Part shown: piece by piece, positions 13,373 through 26,972 of the stretch | How positions within the stretch are numbered: the stretch's first letter is position 1 | Layout of the letters: each line of letters opens with the position of its first letter | Origin: Octopus vulgaris | Lineage: Eukaryota | Direction: 5' to 3' | DNA length: 64,000 nt | NCBI GenBank assembly: GCA_951406725.2 | Contig: OX597830.1 | Coordinates: 4,960,001 to 5,024,000 of the forward strand | Made by a program: the position numbers and the translations under genes | Notes under the pieces: model-generated | Database searches by the model: none | The model's input: only the letters and a program-made list of their open reading frames with translations | Told to the model about the DNA's origin: nothing

Positions 13373-16300
13373 GTAAGTCTAACAAACATATTTGCATATT
13401 TTAATTAACTAGAAAAAAACAAAATATATTTAACATCGAATGATGTTTCATATTTGTTTAAATTTATAAAAGCTTAATTTACAATGAATTGACCAGTGAA
13501 CTATGATAAATAGTTTCATTTGATGTTTTGTTTTAATCTAAAGAAATAGATCTAAAAAATAACTTTCAAAGAAAGATGTATATCTAATTTTTCATCTCAT
13601 CTCAGTGATTGATAAACGAGAGTATTTTTCCCCATGCAGGAAATGTCAGTAATATTTCTAATATAATGTTATAATAGTAATTATATACCTGCAGTAAATC
13701 ATGTTCTGGTGAAAGAGAAGGAAGTCATTTATAACATTGAAATTAATTGTCCAAATAAGTTATAACTATATTATATATATATATATATATTCACTCATTT
13801 TTACTCTGTCATTTATTTACACACACATACACATATTCTCAGTGTGCTAGTCTACTTGGAAGCATTTTATAATGGTATGCAAATGGAATTGTTACTCGTT
13901 AATTGTGTGCATAATTAGAATTATCAAGAACTATTGAGTCATTATGAAGACATTAAACTGTTGCACTTTGGTTCTGTTAAGCTAAGGATTGGAGTTGGAC
14001 AAGACAGAATAGACATTGCTATGTTTCTATGTTAATTAAGGAGTTAAATGACAGCATCTGGAAATGTAAATAATCAAAGCTACTGAACCTGAGCAGGGTA
14101 AAAAGAAATCTAATATAATCAACGTTTTTAATCTGAGTGAGAAGAGTATTCTAAAATAGAGATTAACAAATTGTCCATTTTTATTTCACTTGTCAAAAGA
14201 CAAATTTAGCAATCAGTTGATGGTTTCTATTATTAACGATGAAATTTACCTTTTGATTAAAATAATAATAAAACATTTCTTTATTATGAATTATATTCAA
14301 GAAATTTTTGTTCTTTTGTATTAAATGAGCTGAATGATTTGATGTTGGTCAAGTTAGAAGTAATGAGACATAATACCATTAAATTCTTACAAATCCAAGA
14401 CAAAAAGACTCGAATATTTAAATATTAGCAATGAGATTATAGATAAGGTTCTTAGAAAATCCAAGTGTTTCATTAAAATTTCTAATATTTTATGGCAAAC
14501 TGTTGTCCTCCATCCCTTCTATTTGAAGACAAAGTATAAATGAGTTGTGATATCCAAATAAATATGAAGTAGAATAGAATAAATGTTCTGATACTATGAA
14601 ACTTGTATCCAGCTATTATATTCAGGTGATACTGTTATGTTCTGTAGGAAATTGACTCCAAATAAGGACATGTTCAAGTAATTATATTTTTTTTATTTAA
14701 ATGAAATTTTTAAAAACATTTCATGAAAAAGTGGTGAGAATTAAGTTGTTGCTGCAATTTTATATTTGTCATATACATTTGTTCCATGGTGATGGATATT
14801 TTGGGCAAATATAGGACAAAATTGTTGGTTGAAGTTCAGAAGTTAAAACATTTTACTTTGTCTCAGGCACAAAAGATAATTAAATCAATGAAAACATCTT
14901 CATGTAAAAGAAATATATATAAATTATACAGCTTGAATTGCTTAATAAATTATGAAATAACTATATCAGGCAACACAAATATTGTCATCCAATGGAATTC
15001 ATCAATTAAAGTTAAAAGCTTCTGTCTACATCTAATGCATAAATACATTTGTATTTCTGCTTATGTAAAGCAGTAAATAAACTATGAGAACTGTTGTCTG
15101 TTAAGGCAATCATTTTATTAAGGAATGGCTTGTAATCTTTCTGCTGCATCTGATTATAAAGTAATATTTCGTTATATGACAATATTGGCACCATGATGAG
15201 GAAATGTCTAAATAAACTAGTGAATTTTAATATTTGTATCATTATATTATGTATTAATAAATTTAATGAGATCCTCCTATGTAGCTACTTCATATATTTA
15301 ATTATTTATATATCTATTTATTGTTAATTCACAAACATATCACAATTTTGTTTTGATTTTACTGTTTTTAGAATTATAAGTTGTAAAATAAATAAGTTTA
15401 TTTACAAATAATATAGCAATATTTTCTAAAATTTAAATGGAAGGAATGAAGCTGGAAAAGAGTTCCATGTCTTTCAGTAAAATTTACTTTACTTTAAAGA
15501 GAAAATTAATGAAGATAGAAGTAGTATTAATATTGAAAGGTAATATTTATCTTCCATTAAAAGTGGATGTTGTATTAGAACAGAGGATACTGCATTAATT
15601 ACTATGAGAGAAACTCTTGTATGGACTCGTGGTACATATAAGCACTCATGTATATATCACTGGTGGGCAATAATCGTCTGCTGCTGATGATGATTTTTCT
15701 ATTCAAAAACACAAAAAAAAATTTCTAAAAAATTTCTGAAAAATTCCTGAGGTTTCTACTATTTCTTACTTTTCAGAAAATTAGAATACTTAAAGGAGTT
15801 TTGTTACAATAACAAAAAGAGACTGCTAAAATTCTGAAAATTGTAAACATATATTTATTAGACTATAGAAATTATTAACTTTGATTGGAATTTGAATTTG
15901 ATGGAAATTTTTTAATCTTTTTCTTAAATAATTGAATTCAGTAAATTATTAAAAATTTAGAAAATAGAATTTCCGAATTTGTTACAAAAATATATTCTAT
16001 CGCTTAATTTCTGATTGGTTGTTTGAAATATGTGAAATTTAAGAAACTCTGAAATATCTTCTATAGGAATTCACATGAATATCTAAATTTACAAAATAGC
16101 ATTCCCTTTCATACAGTATCCATCTGAATGGAAAACATTTAAATATGATTTTTATTGAATAATGCAAAACGATAAAAATCTATTTAGTTCTACCATTAGC
16201 CATCCGGTTTGGAAAAATTCATTGAAGAATTTATTAAGAATTCCAACAATGCACTTTTGATAATAGCTTAAGAAAATTATTGAAATTTTTCTTCAGTGGT

Positions 16301-19300
16301 GATTTATTTTGCTGCTTCTTCTTAAGTGGCACTTATATAAATATATTTGCTTCATTTACATTTTTATCAATGATTATAAGAAAATATATTTTTGATAAAT
16401 TTTATCTACTTTTGGAGAACAGAGTAAATTTGTTGTTTTAAAGTTTTAAATAAACTGTGCAAGACATCGAAGGTTCAAATACCATCTTTTGTACTTTCCT
16501 ACATTAATGGAACAAGTGATAAAAAACAAAATTTGATATTTTGTTTTAAATAAAGTGATTGTAAATGCATCAGTGGTTAAGAAGATAGGAGTGTTGTTAC
16601 TACCATTAGTATAGATGTAAAGGTTGTGGGTTTGAATTCAGTTCAAATACAATTTACACAACAAAGGATAAGGCACCCGAGGATGGTCACAGATTAAAAT
16701 ATAAGGGAGATCTAAATTGCAAAATACTTTTCATCTCCATCTCTATAAACAAGAGGATTATAAACAGTGTGCAAAATAAGAATTATATTTCAGATATGTA
16801 TTTAACTTTTCTCAAACAGACTTAAGGTAGACCTTGAAGAGAGGAGACATGTCCGTGAGGTAGCAATTAGTGATAAAAGGGCATTGGCAAATAAACAACA
16901 GATTGATTGTTCAACCACCATGTTAAACAAACAATTGATTAATCAGTTGGTTAAATATCTAACTAACTGACTAACAAAGAAGTGATATTGAACCAGTGTG
17001 AGTGTTTATTATGATTGAAGTAATGACCCTCCTAAGACACAATTAGATATTTATCTTATAGTAGAATTAATTACACTGAAAATTATTAGAGAGTGAATTT
17101 GAATGTGTTACTGGCAGTTCTAATAAGTCTTGGATGTAAATTATATAAGATCAAGTTAGTTTTGTAAACTGTAAAAATAACTTCAATTTATAAAACATTC
17201 TATGATTATAGTAAACTAGAAGCATTTCTAACTTTTGTTTTATGTTCAATAATAAAGTTTCTGCATAAAACATAAGCCAAATGGAGTTAATGAAAGGTTG
17301 TGAGGCTGATTAACAAAATAATTTATAAAAGATTAATTTTATTGTTCATTCTTTGTTTGTACATAAAATGGCAAAACAGAATGTTGAATGAAAATTAATA
17401 TATTTACAAATAGATTGTTGATTAATGATGAGGCTACGCATAGCAAATAACTAATTAGTAATGAGTGAATGTATCAACATCAAACAGTTAATTAATGACA
17501 AGCTATTACCAAAACAACAGGATCATCAATTTAATTCCACTTTACATACTGTTAAAAGGGGGAATGATTTATCACAGTCCAAGTCTATTCCTATTTTGAA
17601 ATACTACCTGCTTAGATAATACAGGGACTCTGTCTCATTCATACATTCAATTTTCTGTACAGCTTCCATGGCTGGATGTCCTACATAAGGCTTAACTACT
17701 TTATAGAGTGTACTGGATGCCTTCTCCCATGACACCAACCCTAGAGAAGGTTCTTCATCCCCAGCAAGATTAAAAACTTCTCTCTACACCACTCCAATTC
17801 CATTCATCGAAGGCAACACAGCCAAGATGAATAACAGGAAGAAAATTTCTAGCATTTAGAATATGGCAAAAGTTGAATCTAGATTCACATTACTGATATA
17901 ATGGAAATAAAAGTTTTAGTTGCTATGGAATGAGAAATTCATTCATTCTTCATTTGAGAAATTCTTGACAGTGTACTATAAATGAAACAACCAGTAAGGA
18001 TATAAAAAGTATCATTTCTTAAACTGAAGACTAAAAGATATCTTAGTATTATCTCAGTTGAAGAACAAATACAAATGAATTGTCTAATCCTAACAAACTT
18101 AACTTTGGTATCCATTAAAAAATATACCAAAAATTATTTACACTAAATCAACATTGATTTTACATTAATTTGTGTCAAAATAGACACCATTTATTTATTT
18201 ATGTATTTTGTTAGCTTTCGTTTCTCTACAAGTTAAACCTTCACTTTACTTTCACACATGTTTTGAATGCTCAATGATTGATGGTTGAGGAGATAAAGTC
18301 AATTAAAAGTGTGTGTGATGACAGTTTTTGCGTGTATGTGTGTGTGTGTGCGTGTACACATAAAATGAATAATATGCACACATAATGATGTTTCTAAAGC
18401 AGATCATGTATTTTCTTTCCTTAATATCATTAATGAAAATAAATTAGATTCATCTAATGAATTACAAACCTTATAAAAAAAATTGATTGATTTTCACTTG
18501 AATTTTATGTCTTTATATTCTAAATACTTCCTTAACACTGTTCATAGCTTTTGGATTTCGAATACAATAGGGGTGCTCCTTGAGCAACAAAAGATTTGAT
18601 ATTAGATACTATAAGCACCGATTTGAAACATAAAAGAGCAGCAACATGCACAGCATAAATACAAATGGTGCCATTATTGGGCAAGATGTTCTTTTCATTT
18701 CAAGTTGGTTCTTCTATTGTCTAATAACAGAATTTTCACAGTTAAGAAATCCAAACATGTTTATACTTTCCTTCTCTGCATTTTCTACATGTAAACATTT
18801 TTATTATTATTTTGAGCAATCAAAAATAGTAAACTATAAACCAGAAAAATTATTTATACAATAATTGCCATTTTCTTCAAATAATTAGCTAGACCATCCA
18901 TTAAGTGTCATTTGGGTAATGCTATATCAGTTTTCTTATTCAAATTATCATGTGTATCCCAGTTTTAGAATAAATACACTGTATCTTTGCAAGTCAAAAG
19001 AGGCAATTAAAAAGCTTGGTTACAAGAAGGGCATGAAATAGCCCAACCCATGCCAGCATGGAAAAGATGACGTAAAACAATGCTGATAATTTTTTCACTA
19101 TCACTCTTGAATCAGATATTGCAATAAACTAACGATGCATTTAGAACCTTGTGTTACTGCACTTTCATTCGTTTCTAACATAATTCCTAGCCTAATTGAC
19201 GAAGAGCAGAGAATGGTAAGTGGGAAAAATCAATAGATAAATTATCAAACTTTAATTACTCAATCATCACAATCAGCTCTATCAAATCTTTAAGTCTATG

Positions 19301-19981
19301 AGACACTGAACATGGTTAATAAATAAATAATTCATTGGCTTCGAACAAGCCATATTCCTTTGAACTATATCCTATTACAAAAGGTTATATGGAATCCTTT
19401 TTGTGCTCTTGTGAAGACTATTCAGAAACCATATGGCATTATTTGTTCCAGAACAAAAATTACTAGTCTGAGAATGAGGACATTTTTCAAATAGTCTTTA
19501 AAAGGCTACCAAGGTTGAAGGTGTAATTTATTTTCATGTAACCACTAACCATAAATAAAATCTTCCAATACAGGGAAACTATAAATAGATTTAACAACAG
19601 AACCATCTAACCATTCTTCATCTATACTACTTTCTTTTTTTTCTTCTTTCTAGTAATTGTTTTTAGTTTTAGTTTATTCTCTTGTATAAGAGTTATTATA
19701 TATCTTCCTGAGTCTGTCCATGGCTTACCAGCTTGATACAGACGTTTAAACTGATTAAATAAAATAAAATAACAAACTGACAATGAAATTGTTGTTTCTG
19801 AGAAACTTGACAATGAAATAAAACACAAATGAATACAAAAGAAATAAAACAGTAGCAAATATATATATATACTGCACACACAATTTACAATCCTTTGGTG
19901 CAGATTCTATTATTTCATTGCTGCTGGGTAGGCCTGTCACAAAAATAGAATAAAAGATGTATGATTATTATTTTTATTATT

Positions 19982-20223
19982 ATTGAGTGAGAGAGTAGTG
20001 CATGCCATCAAAGTGACACTGGGGTAAAATATACGAAGCCCAGTACACCCTTTCATGACTACCCGTCTGATAAGGGTACACTAGGCACATGCATCACAAC
20101 CATATGTGCACGACATGGTAATCTCATATGAAGATAAATAGCGCATGATCTTGCAGGTGGGGCCCAGTTAGAATTTTCTTCTGGTTGAGTAGCCCATCCT
20201 GCTCAAAAGGCCTCTGAATAAGG
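19982..20223 (+). repeat. Interspersed repeat family D
   Basis: Matches 11310-11498 in opposite orientation; flanked by ATT repeats. Confidence 0.8.

Positions 20224-20278
<55 letters not shown>
20224..20278. repeat. (ATT)n microsatellite
   Basis: Direct reading. Confidence 0.95.
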
Positions 20279-20279
<1 letters not shown>

Positions 20280-20498
20280 GGCAATGAGCTGGCAGAATCG
20301 TTAGCACATCAGGTAAAATGCTTAGCAGCATTTCATCTGTCCTTATGTTCCAAGTTCAAATTCTGCTGAGATTGGTTTTTATATTTCATCTCTCCAGAGT
20401 TGATAAAATAAGTTTACAGTTGGGCACTGGTGTAATCAACTAATACCCCCACCCATTCACAAAAAATAAAAATTCAGGCCTTGTACCTTTAACAGAAA
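20279..20498 (+). mobile_element. SINE family A (older copy)
   Basis: gagctggcagaatcgttagcac..aagttcaaattctgctgag. Confidence 0.8.
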
Positions 20499-20971
20499 TG
20501 ATTATTATTATTATTGTTGTTTTATGTCTATGAAACCATGCTGACATTAGTACATTTAATATCTAATGTATTTAAGGCCCTCTGGAAGTTCTGTCATGCT
20601 CTGACAAATTATTGCTATCAATTCACTATTGTTATTAAGTTTTTCAATTAAATTAGTGGCTTTGAAATTAATTTTTAAAATATATATTCAATATTTCTTG
20701 CTGTAATCAATCATTTAAAACAATGTTGTGTTATCAATTCTTACTCCCCATCCCACTGATAAAACAATGTAAATAAACATTTGCTCTTACTGAAAGAAAT
20801 AGTACATTTTTCATTACAGTTAGTATATTGTAGTATTTTTCCTACACTAGCCCATAAAAGAAAAATTCTAACTGTTCAACAGACTAAAACCTAAATACAT
20901 TATGTCCAATAATAATTCAATTACAGCTTCAGTAAAAATTTTTAATAATTACCTGATATAAAATGTTATAG

Positions 20972-21164
20972 GTTCAAAAAGATGAAAGCCTTTGTGACAG
21001 CTATAGTCGGCCAAGTGATAAAGAAAGTTGTCGGATTCCCTGTCCAATGGATTGTGTTTTATCAGAGTGGAGCTCATGGACTGAATGCCCTGACGAATGT
21101 GACAAGAAAGCTCGAGCAACCAACAGAGATCGAAGACGGATGGTTCTAGCCTTCCCAGTGGCAT
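20972..21164 (+). CDS. THSD7A: THSD7-like exon 3 (193 nt, phase 0 to 1)
   Basis: gttatag acceptor, gtaagt donor; VQKDESLCDSYSRPSDKESCRIPCPMDCVLSEWSSWTECPDECDKKARATNRDRRRMVLAFPVA with the CxxPCPxDCxLSEWSxW signature. Confidence 0.92.
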
Positions 21165-21417
21165 GTAAGTCTGATTTGTTGATTAGTTTAACCTGTGATT
21201 TCAATCAGTAAAATTGCTTTTACATTTTGATAATGAAAAGGTAAAAATGTGTCATAATGATAATAATGGATTGAAAAATATTAACTGAATTACAATTATT
21301 GACAAAATTTGCAAAAGTATACAAAGTTTTACTTTACACAAACACACACACACATATATTTATATATAGCCTACAGAAAAATCTACACTCAGTTATTAAA
21401 TATATTCTTAATAATGG

Positions 21418-21646
21418 TGGTGAGCTGGCAGAAACGTTAGCACGCCAGGCGAAATGCATAGCCATATTTCGTCTGTCATTACATTCCAAGTTCAAATTCT
21501 GCCGAGGTCAACTTTGCCTTTCATCCTTTTGGGATCGATAAATTAAGTACCAGTTACACACTGGGGGTCGATGTAATCGACTTAATCCCTTTGTCTGCTC
21601 TTGTTTGTCCCCTCTGTGTTTAGCCCCTTGAGGGTAGTAAAGAAAT
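21418..21646 (+). mobile_element. SINE family A, full length with 18-bp target-site duplication
   Basis: atatattcttaataatgg at 21400-21417 and 21647-21664. Confidence 0.9.
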
Positions 21647-22329
21647 ATATATTCTTAATAATGGCTTTTTATCACTAAAAATGCAGAAGTCTGTGGTGAT
21701 ATGGCCAAGAGTTTGAATTGATATTGTCAGAAGTTCAATTCGCAAAATGAGTAGCTCATGTCATCCTTCAGCAAGTCATTTTATTTCACATGGCCCCAGT
21801 CTACTTAGTTGAAATAAGTACCAGAAGTAGCTGGTTGGGATGGTGGTAACCTTTCAACGGACTGGTACTCTGCCCAGAGGAAAGTCTTGAACTCCCAGGC
21901 ACTGACAACTGTCTCACAAACCAAACACTAGCCTAATGAGCTGGTAGGCTCATTATAGATTTCAACTTCTTTCTTAATCACTACTAGAAAGCTTCAAATA
22001 GAGGAGTTCCACTCCCAACCACTATCTGCCTCCTCTTCTCTTCATTTGACTACTTTATTACTGAAGCTCCAACCAATCCAACCGATCTCCATTTATACTT
22101 TGTTGTCTTATAAATTTGGCTAATAGACAAAAGCCGTGATGAGACTAAGGAGATATGTTCTTGATTCAACTCAATAACTCCATCTTCTATCAATATAATT
22201 ATATTATTCCATTAAAGATATATTAATTCTTCCATCTATTCACTTTTGTTTATAATTATTCCACTGTTTACTAAAATAGATGCTATTGTTTCCTGGCTTC
22301 TATCTGAAATTGTCTTGGAAATATATACA

Positions 22330-22522
22330 GCTTCTACCACTGCAACTATTATTATTCTTTCTATAACTACAACTACTATTACCACCACCACTAATACTAC
22401 CACCATCACTACAACTATTACCCACTACCATTACAACTATTACTACAGCTAATACCTCCACCATCACTACTACTGCTAACACTATCGCCATCACCACCAC
22501 CACAACTACTTCTACTACTACA
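22330..22522. repeat. Degenerate (ACT/ACC)n trinucleotide tract
   Basis: Direct reading. Confidence 0.9.
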
Positions 22523-23322
22523 AACATCTAATACTGCTGCAGTTTCATACTGTGTTCTTTATTGATGCCGAAATGCAAAAAATTGCACACACTGTTATTA
22601 GAACCATTTTTTTTTTTATTAGGGGGTGTGAATATATGTTTGTTGTTTTTGATTTTGATCTGATAGTTTATTGACCACAAAATGACGTTTTTTTCAAATT
22701 GTGCTGTTTTTATTTTTTATTACATTTCTCATTGTAATGTAGAGAATTTCTGACTGGAATTGGGTTATAAATATCATAAATAAAGTGTGTTTATTTTGGA
22801 ATATCAGTTCAAGATCAGAGATACAAAACCACAACTTCCAGCATTCAAATGAAATTCTTTCTCCATTAGAGTTATTTATATACAATCATTTACCACAATC
22901 AGGTCTACAACTGTTTCTTCATTGTTAACACATTCTGTGATATGTAAAACATCTACTCTCTCTCTCTCTCTCTCTATGCGTATGTGTGTGTGGAAGGAGA
23001 GCATTTACTAAATCTATCAGATATCTTTCTTCAAATTGCATTTCCAAAAATTCATTCTACAATCGTTTGAAACTCCCATAAATGGGAGTTTGGCAAAATA
23101 ATTCTTTTGTTGGTTGTTTTAGTGGTGGTGGCAGATGGGTGGGGTGGGAACTGCACGGCACTGAATACTCTTCCTGTTCATGTCACAATATTATTCATTA
23201 TACGATCTGGATGATATTTTACTTCAATGCATCAAGATATTTTTCTGTTTCCCAAAGGATATTTTCTATTTGGCATTTAGATATCAGAATGTAACTTGTA
23301 CAGGTTTTTTTTTAAACTATTC

Positions 23323-23560
23323 AAACTGATTCCTTTTATATTGAAAATGTGAAGTTGAAATACCTTAATATTTCATTGTTTTGATTAAATAAATTGTCAA
23401 ATAATTGAAGAAGGGCATTGCTTTCATGTTAAACAAGAATCAATAATTATTGATAAGTTTAAGGTAGATTTTAATGAGTTGGTGCAGCAAGCAAAGGAAA
23501 GTGACTGCAAATGGGGGATAATTTTCACATAAAGTTTGGTGCAAAGTTGGAGACGGGAAA
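23323..23560 (+). repeat. Unclassified repeat, direct copy of 26470-26680
   Basis: Shared actgattccttttatatt..gtgaagttgaaa..tttaaggtagattttaa..gactgcaaatggg..cataaagtttggtg. Confidence 0.8.
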
Positions 23561-25012
23561 GAAGAGAAACACCGAGTAGGGGTTAAGAAGCTGTTTCCAT
23601 GAACAAGAAAGAGGTTTTAATGGCTGTAGAGGAATGGATAGTATATTATCAACATAGAAGATTGTATCGGATTCATTAATGCAGAGATGATAGAATTGAG
23701 ATGTTAATGGTAACAAAGTGATATAATAAGGTCGAAGTTTCATTTGTAATTTAGAGGAAGAGACGTAATTACTGTAGTACATGGTTGAGAAGTATGTTTG
23801 AAAAGATGAAAAAAATCTATTAACATAGATTACAAAGGAGACAATATAGGGATCAAAAAGCCAAGAACTGTTGATATGAACCATCCAGAGGAAACTAGGT
23901 TTAAAGGATAGCTGTGTTATCAACATAGGAAGGAAATAAAGTTATAGATTACAAGTAATGTGGTAGGATCTGGGAACTAAAGGCTTGGATCTGAGATCTA
24001 AAGTTTAGATCCAAATATGCCCAATATAATTGATCCAGAGTTTATTTGAATTCTTAGAATGTAGATAAATGGTGTCCTTTCTGATTTTCTTGGATCATGC
24101 CATTGTTATATAGAGTTTTAGCCAATAGTATTTTCTCTGCTGCAAACATAAAATCAGTTGCAAATACAAATGTTGTTCTGAGCATATGGGATTCATTGAA
24201 GTAGTTAGCTTAACAGAAGAGGAATGAAGCTAAGTACATGGAATACGAACGGCAGAAACAGAAGAGCAATGAATTGGATATGTGGCCCCTAACTCTCTGT
24301 ATTCTGTTCAAAATTGACCTGGCTTTGTGTCATTCCTGCCAATTACTGAAAAATAGTTGTTCAAATTTAATTTCAATTCTCTAAACTCCAATGGATTCAT
24401 GCCAGTAAAAATCGTTATTGCAAGAATTTATAGAGTTGAAATCTATGCCAGAAGTTAGCAATAATTTCTAACAATGACATTTAGTGTCAAACAGACTGAT
24501 AGTGTTTAGATGAGTTATAATAAATTCCCAGGTTAATCCCGGGTATTTAGTCAAGTGAATAGGTCAACTCACAGAGCCTTAGCCCCAGATTTATGAGTGC
24601 ATGAGTAAATAAATAATATATAAATTTATACATTTATATAATCAACAGTTTAAAGAAAACAGAGACTATACACAGAATAATCATTTTTTAATCATAGTGT
24701 GGTCAATTAATAAGTTCCTACATTTTTTCACCTGTTATGTTTAAAAAATGATTATTCTACATATATATTCTCAGCTTTCTTTAAACTATTAATTATTTCA
24801 CCTATATTGGAAAGAATGAAGTGTCCATAGAGACAACTGGATTTTCAGAAGTGAAAAGTACTAAAATGGTAAAACAAACTAACCAAGAACAGTAGTAGAC
24901 AAACACGCAAATAGTATCCAGAATCATCAACGGATAATAGGACAAAACTGGTGCCCACTTGGATAACAAATCCCTACAAAAAAAAAACAACTTCATTATG
25001 AAGAAAAAGTTC

Positions 25013-25046
<34 letters not shown>

Positions 25047-25429
25047 TCACATTCACACACACATATGAGTAGGTAGGTGTATACATGATGGATTATATAC
25101 CTAAATGAATAGTCACATACATGTAATACATAAACTTCTTGAAAGATGAGTAGGTGAGTGTATACATGACAGAAATACACCTACATGAGGAGGTGGGTGT
25201 ACATATGAGAGATATATAAATATGTATATTAATATGTGTATATGTGATTGATAAAGCCTCTTCATTTGCATTTAATAGGTTAATTGTAAAGTGATTGATG
25301 TCATACACCAAACAGTTTTTTTTTTTATGGTAGGCTGAAAATATTGGGTTTTGGCAATGAATTATGTAAACAATAATGTAAACATAAAGGACAAAGGATG
25401 CTCTGATGAACACACACATATATTGTGAA

Positions 25430-25722
25430 GGCACATAGCTCAGTGGTTAGGATGTTATACTCATGATTGTGAGATTGTGGGTTTGATTCCTAGAACAGGG
25501 GGTTGCGTTGTGTTCTTGAGCAAAGAACTTCATTTCACGTTGCTCTGCAATTACTTCGTTATCTGACATGTGGCACCTGTTGCACCTGTCCAGGTAATAT
25601 CAATTTGATGAAGGCAATGAGCTTACGTGTACACATTTAATCACAATAAACAAATCATCTGTGTGGTTGTTCGATAAAAAATTGTCTAATCTTCATACAT
25701 CGTCTATTGACAGGAGAGTCCA
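25430..25722 (+). mobile_element. tRNA-headed SINE (distinct body)
   Basis: tagctcagtggttagg A-box and ggtttgattcc B-box, then gtgttcttgagcaaagaactt; similar head near 55830-55940. Confidence 0.6.
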
Positions 25723-25820
25723 TCACATATATATATTAAGATATAGGATAGGAAAAATTATAGAAATATTTTTTAACCAGTGGCCTAGCATGTATACAAA
25801 GTCAATAGACATACTTTTCA

Positions 25821-26070
25821 TATAAAATTAGTGTACATTTAAACACAAAAAAAGGTGAGCCATAACAGGTCGCCTTACATGCTAGAAGGAACAGTTAAAG
25901 GTCAAAACCACAGTTAAGAGCAGTTTCGAAGGGAATGAAAATTAAAATCATTTACCATTTTTCATTCCCTTCGAAATTGATCTTAACTGTGTTTTGAACT
26001 TTTGACTGTTCCTCCTAGCTGTCAAGGCGCATCTCTTTTTGTGTTTAAATGTACTCTAATCTTTTATATA
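25821..26070. repeat. 250-bp palindrome (MITE-like fold-back)
   Basis: tttcgaagggaatgaaaa/ttttcattcccttcgaaa, cacagttaaga/tcttaactgtg, gtacatttaaacacaaaaa/tttttgtgtttaaatgtac. Confidence 0.9.
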
Positions 26071-26079
26071 AATATATAA

Positions 26080-26296
26080 ATTTAATCCAAACATGAAAAC
26101 ACAAAGAGAAAACACAACAACGCGAGGACGTGGAACAAGTATAGTGTTATTTGACGCTCAGAAAAGGAAAGAAAGAAGGAGGATTTAACGTTTCGAGCGG
26201 AGCTCTTTGTCAGAAACATAGGAAAGGGAAAGATCCAAGGAAGGGAACATGAAGGAAATAAAACAAAAATCACCAACGATACACACGCGGTCACAT
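26080..26296 (-). mobile_element. Penelope-like pseudo-LTR fragment carrying a hammerhead motif
   Basis: Reverse complement of 41830-42030; minus strand tttCTGACAAagagctccgctcGAAACGTTaaa at 26184-26216. Confidence 0.65.
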
Positions 26297-26469
26297 TTTG
26301 AATGACCGGAAGGGAATGGGTGAAGAAAAAGTTCTTTCAGGTCAGGCATGGTGAGAGGGTGTGAATGTCTGTGTAGGTGTAAATGGTGGCGACAAAAGTA
26401 GAAAAGTGGAAGAAGAAGAAGAAGAAAGGTAAAAAGAGATATACCTATAAGATATTATTTGGAATTGTA

Positions 26470-26680
26470 ATACTGATTCCTTTTATATTAAAACTGTGAA
26501 GTTGAAAGACCTTCATATTTCATTGTTTTGATTCAATAAATTGCTGTTAATTAATTGAAGAAGAATATTGGTTTCAAAAGAATCAGTAATACTAACAGGT
26601 TTAAGGTAGATTTTAAGGGACTGCAAATGGGTAATAATTTTTGCATAAAGTTTGGTGTGAGGTTGGACAAGAGAAGCATA
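26470..26680 (+). repeat. Unclassified repeat, direct copy of 23323-23560
   Basis: See partner. Confidence 0.8.
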
Positions 26681-26972
26681 GATTAGGTGAAATATCAGAA
26701 TACAATTATGCCTCTATTTGTAGTATGTTTGAATAATTCAATCTTTTCTTGATTATTCTCAGCTGTTCTCATGCAATATATTCTTTGATACATGAGAGAT
26801 AATATTCATATTTTAATTGCTATGGCCATATTTCTGCTCTTTTTAATTAGATTCACAAATTCAGTTATTCTTCATTATAATTTGTTATCCATTAAATCTG
26901 AGAAAGGAATTTATCATTTTTTCAAAAGAAACTCTATCAGTCCTCAATCAGATCAAATATGAAATAGAATAA

